This document shows positions 18,218-27,400 of a stretch of DNA of 64,000 nt, one piece after another. Both the position numbers and the translations under genes were made by a program. Location: assembly GCA_041650735.1 (NCBI GenBank), contig JBAZKP010000001.1, positions 240,786 through 304,785 of the forward strand, written 5' to 3'. The stretch is from an archaeon. Its GTDB lineage: Archaea > Iainarchaeota > Iainarchaeia > Iainarchaeales > JAAZKV01. The first letter of the stretch is position 1, and each line of letters starts with the position of its first letter. The notes under the pieces were generated by a model that saw only the letters and a program-made list of their open reading frames with translations, searched no databases and was not told where the DNA came from.

Positions 18218-19183
18218 TTATAGCCCAGGAATTTTTCCAATAAGCCCCTTTATCTCACCCATACTTAACGAGTTCTTGTTGCGTTTTGTAAGAAAGATAC
18301 TTGTATTTGTTTTTTTAATCAGTCCATCTTCCTTAGCAAGCATCTTATGTGCATTAGCGAGAGTCTGGCTGTTTTCAGTCCTGAGGATTATTATTATTTC
18401 ATTTGACAAAGTAGTAAAAATATCCTGAATTTCCTTGTTTTTCATTAGTGACTTTATTATTTTTTCTTCTTTTCCAGGCACAGGCTTAATTAGTATAAAT
18501 GCTTTCAAACCCATTTTTATTTCATCATACCCTTTTTGAGTCATATCAGGTATTTCCTTTACAATAACTCCTTCTTTCCAGAGTTTGTTCCACCTGTTTG
18601 AAACAGTGTTCCTGTGAAATTTATATTTCTCGGCGATTTCTGAAAGGCTTATGCAAGGATTAGTGGTTTTTTCATATAAAATAGCACAATCTGTTTTGTT
18701 TAATTTGTAAGGGGGTTTCTTTTTTATTGGAAGGTAATGTCTTTTGTACTCAGTATTAGCAAAAAAAACAACAGTTTCAGTAATTGCCCCTTGAAAAATT
18801 TTTTCCATCATTAGCCCAAATGCGCTTATATTATTTATGCTTGGCCCAAAGACTTTTACCGCAATATCATTTTTCCCTGTGACATCAGCAACAGAAACAA
18901 CCTGGGTGAGGTCAAGCAGCTTTTTAACAAATTTTTCGTACTCAAAACCTTCCCAATTAATACTTAAAAAAACCCATGCAAATTTTCCGATCTTTAGCGC
19001 ATCAAGATTAAGATCATATTTTGTTTTTGAAAAATACCCATCTTTTCGCAATTTTTCCAAAGCATAGCTTACAGTGTTTTTTTTCAAATTCATTCTTTCG
19101 CAAAGAAGACCGTTCTTGCTTTCTAGCCCGCTAATATAAGCCTCTTCAAGAATTTTTTTTCTATGCCCATTAATTCCTTTCAT
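18218..19183 (-). CDS. Tandem-duplicated Lrp/AsnC-family transcriptional regulator
   Basis: Two HTH plus RAM-like units. The C-terminal unit is canonical (LNKTDCAILYEKTTNPCISLSEIAEKYKFHRNTVSNRWNKLWKEGVI); the N-terminal unit is divergent. Confidence 0.55.
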   Translation of the reverse strand: MKGINGHRKKILEEAYISGLESKNGLLCERMNLKKNTVSYALEKLRKDGYFSKTKYDLNLDALKIGKFAWVFLSINWEGFEYEKFVKKLLDLTQVVSVADVTGKNDIAVKVFGPSINNISAFGLMMEKIFQGAITETVVFFANTEYKRHYLPIKKKPPYKLNKTDCAILYEKTTNPCISLSEIAEKYKFHRNTVSNRWNKLWKEGVIVKEIPDMTQKGYDEIKMGLKAFILIKPVPGKEEKIIKSLMKNKEIQDIFTTLSNEIIIILRTENSQTLANAHKMLAKEDGLIKKTNTSIFLTKRNKNSLSMGEIKGLIGKIPGL

Positions 19184-19381
19184 AACAAACTTCTGCTTTT
19201 TTAGTTAAAAAGGCTTTCTTTTACATGCACAAAAGATTAACTATTAATAGTTAATAAAAAAAGCAATATTTAAGGATATTTATTTGTTTGCACATTTTTT
19301 TAAAATAAACATGTGCATTGAGAAAAGAGGTTTAATTAATTTCGGGCGTATCAATATTATTAGGTATGGGAGGTGTTGTAA

Positions 19382-19672
19382 GTGGAACAAAATGTAATGA
19401 AAGGAGTTGCGCTGTTCGCGACGCTCATTGGCGTATACCAATGGCTTGGCCAAGAGGCTAGCCTTTACGATATCATGGTAATTTTGTTTGCAACAGCTCT
19501 CATAGTAAGTATTGAGCTGGAACAAAAACATGATATAAAGAAAAATAATGCACCGGGTGATAACCCTACCCAGAAAGGTTTTTTTTGGAGGATAACGCAC
19601 CCCTTAAGTAAAATGATAGTGCGAGGATACTCTCGCCCTAGTTTGCAACCTTTATATTTATTTTCTCACTAA
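19382..19672 (+). CDS. Small putative membrane protein (two hydrophobic helices)
   Basis: ORF in a locally GC-richer region; weak. Confidence 0.25.
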   Translation: MEQNVMKGVALFATLIGVYQWLGQEASLYDIMVILFATALIVSIELEQKHDIKKNNAPGDNPTQKGFFWRITHPLSKMIVRGYSRPSLQPLYLFSH

Positions 19673-19678
19673 AATTCT

Positions 19679-20299
19679 TTGATTTATATGGGTTTTCTCT
19701 TTTTAGATATAGAGTCTTTTGTTGATCCAGAGGATACTTTTTCCGGGCTGAATCCTTTTCACGAAAAAAGCAAAGTTTTAGTCATAGCTTATAATTATTA
19801 TTCTTCTTCAAGCGCACCAAAACCAGAGCATGTAAAAGAACCGTGTTTTTTATTTGAATGGGAAGCGGGGGAGGAAAAAAAAATTCTCGAAGCATTTTTT
19901 TTAGAGTTAAAAGGAATTTACAAAAAAGATTCTTTGTTGAAAATAGTTGGATTTAATCATCTTGCTTATGATTTAAACTATTTATTTGCAAGAATGTTAA
20001 AACACAAAATTTCTTCCGAAAAAGAATTATTTCATATGCTTTTCACACAACCAAGGCACATCGATATGGCCCAACTAGGGATGGCGGTTTCAAAGGCAAC
20101 TAAACGCGATGAAGATTTTAGGACTATATCCCAAAAAACAATCAACTCTTATTTTGAGATTCCTATAAAAGAAGCAACAGGAAAAGATGTTTCAATATTT
20201 TATTCAAAAAAACAGTACGAGAAAATAAAAAAATATTGCAAAGAAGAATTTACTTTTGAATTATTATACCAAAGCTTGTTAATGTCATTTTTACACTAA
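19679..20299 (+). CDS. Stand-alone DEDD/RNase H-like 3'-5' exonuclease-like protein (PolB-exo/YprB-like)
   Basis: FLDIESF (Exo I DxE) and VGFNHLAYDLNYLF (Exo II N..FD..YL). The Exo III YxxxD motif is not evident. Confidence 0.45.
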   Translation: MIYMGFLFLDIESFVDPEDTFSGLNPFHEKSKVLVIAYNYYSSSSAPKPEHVKEPCFLFEWEAGEEKKILEAFFLELKGIYKKDSLLKIVGFNHLAYDLNYLFARMLKHKISSEKELFHMLFTQPRHIDMAQLGMAVSKATKRDEDFRTISQKTINSYFEIPIKEATGKDVSIFYSKKQYEKIKKYCKEEFTFELLYQSLLMSFLH

Positions 20300-20625
20300 A
20301 AATTAAGGTAATTTTTGGGCGGATTTATTTTTTTAATATTTTTTCATTAAATTATAAGCATTGTCCAAGTTTTTGTTCTAGTTGGTAAAGTATTTATATC
20401 CCTTTAACTCTTATATGCAGGATGATAGTAATGCCTAAAGGTATTGAATTTTCTTGCCAGGAAAGAGAAGTTGTTTTATGCAAAACCCTATGCTCAAAAG
20501 GAAAATGTTTTGACAATGAAAGCGTTGCTTTTGCAAAAAATTTTAAACAATAATTTTTCTGCCTGCATATTTTTTCTTAATTTTAGTAAATCTTGTTTTA
20601 ATTCTTTTCGACATAAGAATATTAT

Positions 20626-21111
20626 ATGAAATTACTGATTACAGGCACCCCTGGCTGCGGGAAAACAACTCTTGCAAAAAAACTTGGGCAAAAGTTAGGA
20701 TTAAGAGTCATTAATGAAAAAGAATTTGCTTTAAACAATGCAATAGGCAAATTTAATGATGAAAATGAGTTGGAAATTCCTTTGAAAGATATTGAGAAAA
20801 AAATTAATTCTTTTTTAAAAAAAAATAAGAATATTATTCTTGAAGGACACGTTCTTTGTGAAACAAAGCTTAAAGTGGATGCAGTGATATTAGTCACAAT
20901 TAGTCCTGAAGATTTGGAAATGCGATTAGAAAAAAGAAATTATTCAACACAGAAGATAATGGATAATGTTTTTTGCGAAGGAATTGATTATTGCAAAAAA
21001 CATGTGGAGAGAAATTATCCTAAAAGCAAAATAATAAGGGTTGTTTCTTCAAACAATCCTTTAAGCACCTTTACTAAAACCCTTAAAAAACTTGAAATGC
21101 ACGCTAAGTAA
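20626..21111 (+). CDS. Fap7/AK6-like nucleoside monophosphate kinase (adenylate kinase isoenzyme 6 homologue)
   Basis: LITGTPGCGKTTLAKKLGQKLGLRVIN..ILEGHV matches the AK6/Fap7 N-terminus (LLTGTPGVGKTTLGKELA..). Confidence 0.7.
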   Translation: MKLLITGTPGCGKTTLAKKLGQKLGLRVINEKEFALNNAIGKFNDENELEIPLKDIEKKINSFLKKNKNIILEGHVLCETKLKVDAVILVTISPEDLEMRLEKRNYSTQKIMDNVFCEGIDYCKKHVERNYPKSKIIRVVSSNNPLSTFTKTLKKLEMHAK

Positions 21112-21191
21112 GTGCTTTTTGGTTTTTTTTGGCTTCTTGTGAATGTTTTAAAACTTATTTTAATACTAATGCTTTTGAATAGAGTGATAAA

Positions 21192-22358
21192 ATGGCTGTT
21201 TTGAGGATTTATTGTATTCTACTGCTTATTATCCTGTTTTTGACTGTAGGGTTTGCTTATGAAAAACCCTTGTCAGAATTTGGGTTTTCAGGGTTAACCC
21301 TTGAAAAAGAGAATACTAAGGAATGCAACGAAATTAATGTTTTGTTGCCAGAATTAGCAATAGCTGAAAAAGGAGCAGGAATCCTTTCCTTAGATGTGAA
21401 TTTTACAGAATACCAAGATGACAGTTCGTATGTAACTGTTTCAATTAATGACTCTACAGAAAAAGTATTGTGGCCTGAGAACTTTTCCTGCACCCAAAAT
21501 TGTTGGGCAAGAATATTTATTCCTGATATTAAGGAGAAAGAAACAAAAATAAAGTTATGTGCGGTTCTTGGAGGGCTAACAAAAAAATTAGAAATTACCT
21601 CAAACACTTTTATAGGAATTTATGACACCCCTATACTAAGCATAGAAAATGAATCCCCTTCAGAGATATTTTTAGGGGATAGAGCAAAAATGAGTATTAT
21701 TGTATCAAACACAGGCACAAAAGCATCAAGTATAATGGTTCAGTTTGTTCACCCTGATACAAGAGCAAAAGTAGAAATAACAAGCTTTGACATAGTTGAA
21801 GGGGATTCAAGTGCCTCAACCATTATTAATCCAGGAGAAACAAAACAATTTGATTATTACATTAAACCAACAGTCATAAGCTCTTATAACTTGCCCTCTG
21901 CAGCATTATTTTTTACAAATGTTTTTGGGGAAAAACAAACAATAATCAGCAATCATCCTCAAATGAATGTTGTAAAATTAACAAAAATAAATGTTTCAAT
22001 AGTGGCTATTTCAGAGCAAGAACCAGTTACATTTAAAGCAATAATAAAAAATAATTTGCCAGACCAGTTTAATGGAAATATAATTTTTGCCCCCCAAACA
22101 GCGTTTACTGAATCTGTAAGACAAGTAACAATACAAGGAAATAGTGAAAAAGAAGTAGTATTTGAAGCAAAAGACTTACAACCAGGGAAATATTCATTTT
22201 TTGCAACAATAAAGGATTCAAATGATATTTATTCTTCAAACAAAATAGAGTTAGAATTAAGACAAACAGGAATTCCTTTTGAAGTACTATTCGCAATTTT
22301 AGGAATAATCACAGGGGTAGTAATTTTTGCTTGGATATATTTTGTAAAAGAAAAATAA
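21192..22358 (+). CDS. Secreted surface protein with signal peptide, beta-rich domains and C-terminal TM anchor
   Basis: N-terminus MAVLRIYCILLLIILFLTVGFA. C-terminus GIPFEVLFAILGIITGVVIFAWIYFVKEK. Same architecture as the 7838–9034 gene. Confidence 0.5.
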   Translation: MAVLRIYCILLLIILFLTVGFAYEKPLSEFGFSGLTLEKENTKECNEINVLLPELAIAEKGAGILSLDVNFTEYQDDSSYVTVSINDSTEKVLWPENFSCTQNCWARIFIPDIKEKETKIKLCAVLGGLTKKLEITSNTFIGIYDTPILSIENESPSEIFLGDRAKMSIIVSNTGTKASSIMVQFVHPDTRAKVEITSFDIVEGDSSASTIINPGETKQFDYYIKPTVISSYNLPSAALFFTNVFGEKQTIISNHPQMNVVKLTKINVSIVAISEQEPVTFKAIIKNNLPDQFNGNIIFAPQTAFTESVRQVTIQGNSEKEVVFEAKDLQPGKYSFFATIKDSNDIYSSNKIELELRQTGIPFEVLFAILGIITGVVIFAWIYFVKEK

Positions 22359-25300
22359 TTACTCTTTCCATTCATCAAGGATTAGTTTTCTTTTTACGTC
22401 TTCTTCTTTTTCATTTTTTCCCATTTTTTGTTTTAACATAAACGCGACCAGTATTATAAGTATGACAGGAATAAATCCTGCAAAAGGTATTTTTTCAAAT
22501 AAATTTCCTTGTTTTGTGCTGTTTTCTGAAAGAAGCATTAACGCATCCACATATTTATTTGAATCAATAAATTCTTTCCCTTTTATTAGCAAGCCTTCAT
22601 TGTTTCCTTTATCTATTGCAGAATTATAACTTGTAATTGCCTGCTTTTTCAGATAGTTGAAAGCTTTTTGTAATTCATTTTGTATTTCTAATAGCTTTTC
22701 CAGCTTTTTTTCGTTAGTGTCACTTGAGTTTTTTATTTCTTCCGCCATTAACCTTAATTTTTTTAATCTGCTTTCTGTAATAGGGGCAATTATTTTTGCT
22801 TTAATTATTTCAGCTTCATTCGCCACTAGATTTTCTTCAAAATAATTTAATAATATAGTTATTTCTTCGTACGCTTTTTGTATGAGTGTTTGTATTTTTT
22901 TATCTTCGATAGCCTTGTTTTTATCAAGTGTTTCTTTAAACGAAATTATTTCTTCAAATTTATTATTTAATTGGATAAATTCTTTTTTTGCTGTAGCAGG
23001 GTCGTATGAAATGCTCTCATCAATTTTTTGTTTTATATTAAGAAAATCCTGTTTAAGATAATCTAGATCCTTATTTTCAGTATTTTTTGTTGCTTTGTTG
23101 ATTTTATCTAATAGTTCTTCAGCTCCTTCTTTTATTGAATCATCTGTACTAAACACGGCTTTTGTAATTAAATCAAAAGCTTTTGCTATTGAATTCTCAT
23201 TTTCATTTCCAAAAGAGAGAGCTTTATTTAGAGTATCTTCAATTTCTTTTGCTTGGTTGTCTATTCCAAGGTTTTTCAGTTCATTTTGTTTTTGTCTTAA
23301 TTCAGATATTTTTTCTAAAAGGGTATTTTTCATTAATTCTAATGAGATTTTTTCTTGCTTTTCTTTTTCAAGGGTAATTATCCTTAGTGAATTTTCTTCA
23401 ACGGCTTTTTGTAATTCCTTAAGGGTTGCCTCTTCGCCTTTTAAAATTAGTTCTTCTGTTTTTTGCGAATAGAAATCATTTTCTAAAAGAATAAAAACAT
23501 CTTTTTGTTTTTTTAGTTCTTCTAAATAGTACTCCTTGGCTGAATCAACATATATTTTTATGTAATATTTTTTTTGCTGCTTTGGTTCAAACTCTTGATT
23601 TTTTAGTATGAGCTTGTCATTAATGATATCAAAATTTTTTTTGGTATAATCTTCACTAAAAACATAATATTTTTCAGCAAATGAATTTATTGGCAGCAAA
23701 ATTGAAATTGTTGCGGTGGTCTTTTCGCCAAAGTTATTTGATGCAATTAATTCATATTCTAATAGGTCTTTTCCTAATTCTTCTGTTTTACCAATAAACT
23801 TTGTTAAAGTGGTTATGGCGCCTGAAATATAAAAGAAAATATTTATTTTTGTGTTTGAGTTTGCTTTTTCTAAAGCAAATATTGTTCTGTCTTTATTATC
23901 ATCAAAATTTAAAATTTCTAAACCATTTGATAAAACAATTACTTTTTCAGTATTTAATGGTTTTTTTGTTGTTATTAATATTTTTTGGATTTCAGTGCTG
24001 TTGCTTAATTCAATTGTTCTTTTTAAAAGGCTTGTTTCATTAGAGACAAATATAAATTGGTCTTTTTCTTTTGAATAAATTTGTTTAGATAAAATAAAAT
24101 TTGTGCTTGTTGATCCGTATGGCAAACATTCTAGCCAGATTACTATTGTGTTTGAGTCTTTTTGGTTAATTTCGCTAATACAAGGATCTTTTTCAATCAC
24201 TTTAGTGAGTGTTGAATGAATTTCTATATAGAATGAAGAAGTTATTTTATGGAAAGGATTTGGTATAATAATTTTGGTTTCGGATTCAAAAGGAATATTA
24301 ACTTCAGCGATTTTTTCGTTTAAATAAATAATTTTTGTGTTTTGGCGCGCATAATCTATAATACTGTTTTCTGAAAGTATTTGTGCTTCTTGAAGAGAAT
24401 TTTTTATTGTTTCTTTTAAAAAATCTTTTATTGGCAGTGCTTCGCTATAATTAACTTCGTTTTCAGTAAAGTATTTCGCATATGATATGACTTTGTTTTT
24501 TAATAAATTTATTTTTTCTTCAAGAGAAGAGTCTGTGTTATAAGAGTTTATTTTTTCTAGTTCTTCTATAGTTTTTGTTAATTCAAAAAAATCTTTTTTA
24601 AAACTATTTAATTCTTCATCATAATTTAGCTCATTATCAACTTGCTGTTTTATTAAGTTGCAATTTTCTTCAAATGTTAATAGGTTTTCTTTAGAAATTT
24701 CGGTTTGTTTTAAGTTTTCAAATAAAATTTTCAATTCCTCAAATTCTTCTTCTTTAAATATTTTTTCTAAGTAAGCAATACAATCTTTTGCCGATTCTTT
24801 TTTTATCGCTTCGAGTTTTGAATAGTCTGCTATTGCTTCTTCAAGAGTTTTATTGTTAATTACCATTTCATAACAATAATCTAGTTTTTCGATTCCTTCT
24901 ACTGAACTTGTTTTTGAAGCGTAATATAGGGTTTCTTGAATTAGTTTGTCTATTGATTCATTTGTTGAAGAATAGTTGTTATTCTTTATCTGCGAAGCTC
25001 GTGAATTGCATGCTTGTCCTAGTTTTTGTGTCACTTCTTTATCTTCCCATTCTAGTGCTTTTTTTATTTTAATAAATGAGTTTAGTAATTCTTTTGTTTT
25101 GTACAATTCTTCTCCAAGTGTCAGGGTGCCTCTGCTTTTTTCTTCTCTTAATGTGATTAGTAATGTTACCTTTTCATTGAAATTTTCTGACGAGGTTTCA
25201 TTACTTGTTAAAACCACTGTGTTGAGTTCTTTTGATAATTCTTCATATTTTTCATTATATTTATTTTTTTCTAGTAGTCTTTCGCAAGCTGTTTTCTCTG

Positions 25301-26303
25301 CTTCTAGTTGTTTTAGATTTTCTTTTGCTGTATTTTGAGCTATTTCAAGATTTTTGCTTTCTTTGTTTATTAAGTCTGAAAATCTTTTAAGAGATGAATT
25401 ATTATTCCCTCCTAAATCAGAGTAGAGTTTCATGAAATCAAAAATAGGGAAATTTTGCAGGGCTGCAAGACCTTGTTTTGTATAGAATCTTGACTCAAAA
25501 TAATTAATTGCGTTTCTTAATGCCGTGCTTAAAAAAGGGAAATAGCCTTTGTTAGTCATTCCGAGTTTTTCAAGCACTGCTCCTTCAACGTACTCAAAGT
25601 TCTTAATCCAAAAAGGGGTGTTTTCAATAAGGGTTTCACGAAGTTTACTTGCGTTGGACTTATTGAAAGAATCCGCTTTTTTTAAATAATATGAAACATA
25701 GCTGTCTGAGTTTGTTGCCCCGTTATTTAATTCAGACAATATTTGCCTAAATTCGACCAATGAATCATAAATAGGTTCTTCTTTTATCATATCGACTTTT
25801 TGCTCTGTAAGAAATTTTTCTTCAGCTGCAATAATAGAAAAACTTTTTTCCATTGCTTGGTCAAGCTCAAGAAAGGAATTGTCTATGTAATTTGATGCCT
25901 GATTTATTGAGCCTGATAGTGCTGAATAATCTCCTGATTTGCATTCTTCAGATATTTTTTTTGTTTCAGTTATTGCTTTATTATAAAAAAACCAGCTTCT
26001 CCCGATTTCGTTTTTTAATGAATATAATTCACTTTCTTGAGCATAACTTAATTTTGTTTTGAATAGTTCATTTACTTTTTCAAAACAACTTTTTTCTGTT
26101 TCGCAATAAGGGATGTAAGCATAGCTTTTACTAGCCATAGAATAACAGAGATTTTTTTCTGCTCTTGTCATTTCGCCCGTGCAACCAAAAAATAAAACAA
26201 ATAAGAGGAGACTTGTAATAAGAAAAATTTTACAGGGGCTTATTCTTTGCCTAGAATTTAATTTATTTCTTTTATTATTTGTAAACCTACTTTTAGCAAG
26301 CAT
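22359..26303 (-). CDS. Giant (1314 aa) coiled-coil cell-surface protein with N-terminal lipobox-like signal and C-terminal TM anchor
   Basis: N-terminus KIFLITSLLLFVLFFGCTG. Heptad-rich E/K/L composition throughout. C-terminus IPFAGFIPVILIILVAFMLKQKMGKNEKEE. Confidence 0.6.
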   Translation of the reverse strand: MLAKSRFTNNKRNKLNSRQRISPCKIFLITSLLLFVLFFGCTGEMTRAEKNLCYSMASKSYAYIPYCETEKSCFEKVNELFKTKLSYAQESELYSLKNEIGRSWFFYNKAITETKKISEECKSGDYSALSGSINQASNYIDNSFLELDQAMEKSFSIIAAEEKFLTEQKVDMIKEEPIYDSLVEFRQILSELNNGATNSDSYVSYYLKKADSFNKSNASKLRETLIENTPFWIKNFEYVEGAVLEKLGMTNKGYFPFLSTALRNAINYFESRFYTKQGLAALQNFPIFDFMKLYSDLGGNNNSSLKRFSDLINKESKNLEIAQNTAKENLKQLEAEKTACERLLEKNKYNEKYEELSKELNTVVLTSNETSSENFNEKVTLLITLREEKSRGTLTLGEELYKTKELLNSFIKIKKALEWEDKEVTQKLGQACNSRASQIKNNNYSSTNESIDKLIQETLYYASKTSSVEGIEKLDYCYEMVINNKTLEEAIADYSKLEAIKKESAKDCIAYLEKIFKEEEFEELKILFENLKQTEISKENLLTFEENCNLIKQQVDNELNYDEELNSFKKDFFELTKTIEELEKINSYNTDSSLEEKINLLKNKVISYAKYFTENEVNYSEALPIKDFLKETIKNSLQEAQILSENSIIDYARQNTKIIYLNEKIAEVNIPFESETKIIIPNPFHKITSSFYIEIHSTLTKVIEKDPCISEINQKDSNTIVIWLECLPYGSTSTNFILSKQIYSKEKDQFIFVSNETSLLKRTIELSNSTEIQKILITTKKPLNTEKVIVLSNGLEILNFDDNKDRTIFALEKANSNTKINIFFYISGAITTLTKFIGKTEELGKDLLEYELIASNNFGEKTTATISILLPINSFAEKYYVFSEDYTKKNFDIINDKLILKNQEFEPKQQKKYYIKIYVDSAKEYYLEELKKQKDVFILLENDFYSQKTEELILKGEEATLKELQKAVEENSLRIITLEKEKQEKISLELMKNTLLEKISELRQKQNELKNLGIDNQAKEIEDTLNKALSFGNENENSIAKAFDLITKAVFSTDDSIKEGAEELLDKINKATKNTENKDLDYLKQDFLNIKQKIDESISYDPATAKKEFIQLNNKFEEIISFKETLDKNKAIEDKKIQTLIQKAYEEITILLNYFEENLVANEAEIIKAKIIAPITESRLKKLRLMAEEIKNSSDTNEKKLEKLLEIQNELQKAFNYLKKQAITSYNSAIDKGNNEGLLIKGKEFIDSNKYVDALMLLSENSTKQGNLFEKIPFAGFIPVILIILVAFMLKQKMGKNEKEEDVKRKLILDEWKE

Positions 26304-26365
26304 GTAGAAGGCTTGCTTTAGTTTATTTAAAAATCTTCATTAAAATTCGACGATTGACTATTTTG

Positions 26366-26707
26366 TTAGTCACTTTCTTCATTGTAGTCTTTTGCAGTTG
26401 TGTTTTGTTTTTCAATAAATTTTTGGGCTGCGCATTCCTGGGAAACGTTTTTATCAGGAAGAAGAGAGTATAGGCATTCATTTTCTTGATTGAGTAATTC
26501 TTTTGAGTATGTGCAATCTTGGCAGGTATTTCCTTGAATAGTATTAATGAGCGGGTTTATCCAAAAGAGTTGGATTAGTATTCCAAGGAGTATTCCTACA
26601 ATAAACAGAATAAAGTAGGGTTTGTATTTTTTAACAGATTTTCCTAAGAAATTGTTTCTTTCAGGAACAAGTTCTTCGTATTCATCGTCAGGATCTTTCA
26701 AGGACAT
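26366..26707 (-). CDS. Small membrane protein with Cys-containing extracytoplasmic tail
   Basis: TM segment YFILFIVGILLGILIQLFWI; same strand and immediately upstream of the giant gene. Confidence 0.35.
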   Translation of the reverse strand: MSLKDPDDEYEELVPERNNFLGKSVKKYKPYFILFIVGILLGILIQLFWINPLINTIQGNTCQDCTYSKELLNQENECLYSLLPDKNVSQECAAQKFIEKQNTTAKDYNEESD

Positions 26708-26980
26708 GCAAAGAATAAAGCTTTTGTGAAATATAAAACTTATTGAAACAAAAATTAGTCATTTTTTTGAAAACTTACTCAATATTGTTGTTTATTTGCA
26801 AATCTTAGCAAGTATACATAAGCCTAACTTTTCTTTTTCTTGCCACCGTTCATTCTTTATTTTGTTTTTAGAAAAAATTTTTAAATATACATAATGCGTT
26901 TTGGTTTGTTTTTTGTAAGGGAAACGTTTATAAAGAAGTTCGGCTTTTTATCTGTTAAAGTTTTTTTGTAGGTGTTATAA

Positions 26981-27256
26981 ATGTACAAATACACAATTGC
27001 GAGACAGTTGGCATCAAAGAGGGTAATCACTAATAGGGGGGACGAGGTTGGCAAATTAATTGACTTAATCGTTTCTGAAGTTGGTGGAGACGTAGAGTAC
27101 TTGGTAGTAGAAGTAGACAGAAACTCCCGATTATTGTCAAAACTAGGGAAAGTAGACAAATTGGTAGAAATACCTTATGCGTCCGTAACAGCAGTGAGCG
27201 ATGTGTTCATTGTTGATGAAAGAGAAATCCTAGAAGACATTCAGAAGAAGGAATAG
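26981..27256 (+). CDS. PRC-barrel domain protein
   Basis: RVITNRGDEVGKLIDLIVSEVGGDVEYLVVEV pattern. Confidence 0.5.
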   Translation: MYKYTIARQLASKRVITNRGDEVGKLIDLIVSEVGGDVEYLVVEVDRNSRLLSKLGKVDKLVEIPYASVTAVSDVFIVDEREILEDIQKKE

Positions 27257-27400
27257 TTTCTATTTTCAAACCAGGTGCTTGCCGGGTTAAAGCGCGGCAA
27301 GTCTGGGCTTATTTGCCTTGGTATTCTTGTCCTAATTTTTTGTTTTAGCCTTTAGAAAAGGCATATTTTTGCTTGAGCGGGCTTCGCTTTTTTTTAAACA

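Noticed and set aside
19320-19680. Possible structured ncRNA (RNase P RNA?) in a locally GC-richer stretch
   Set aside because: No P4/CR-I/CR-V consensus (AGGAAAGUCC / ACAGAA..GGCUUA) could be found. The region has a plausible two-helix membrane-protein ORF instead.
22657-25338. Multiple plus-strand ORFs (62–125 aa) inside the giant coiled-coil gene
   Set aside because: These are low-complexity F/S/L-rich shadows of the K/E-rich minus-strand coding sequence.
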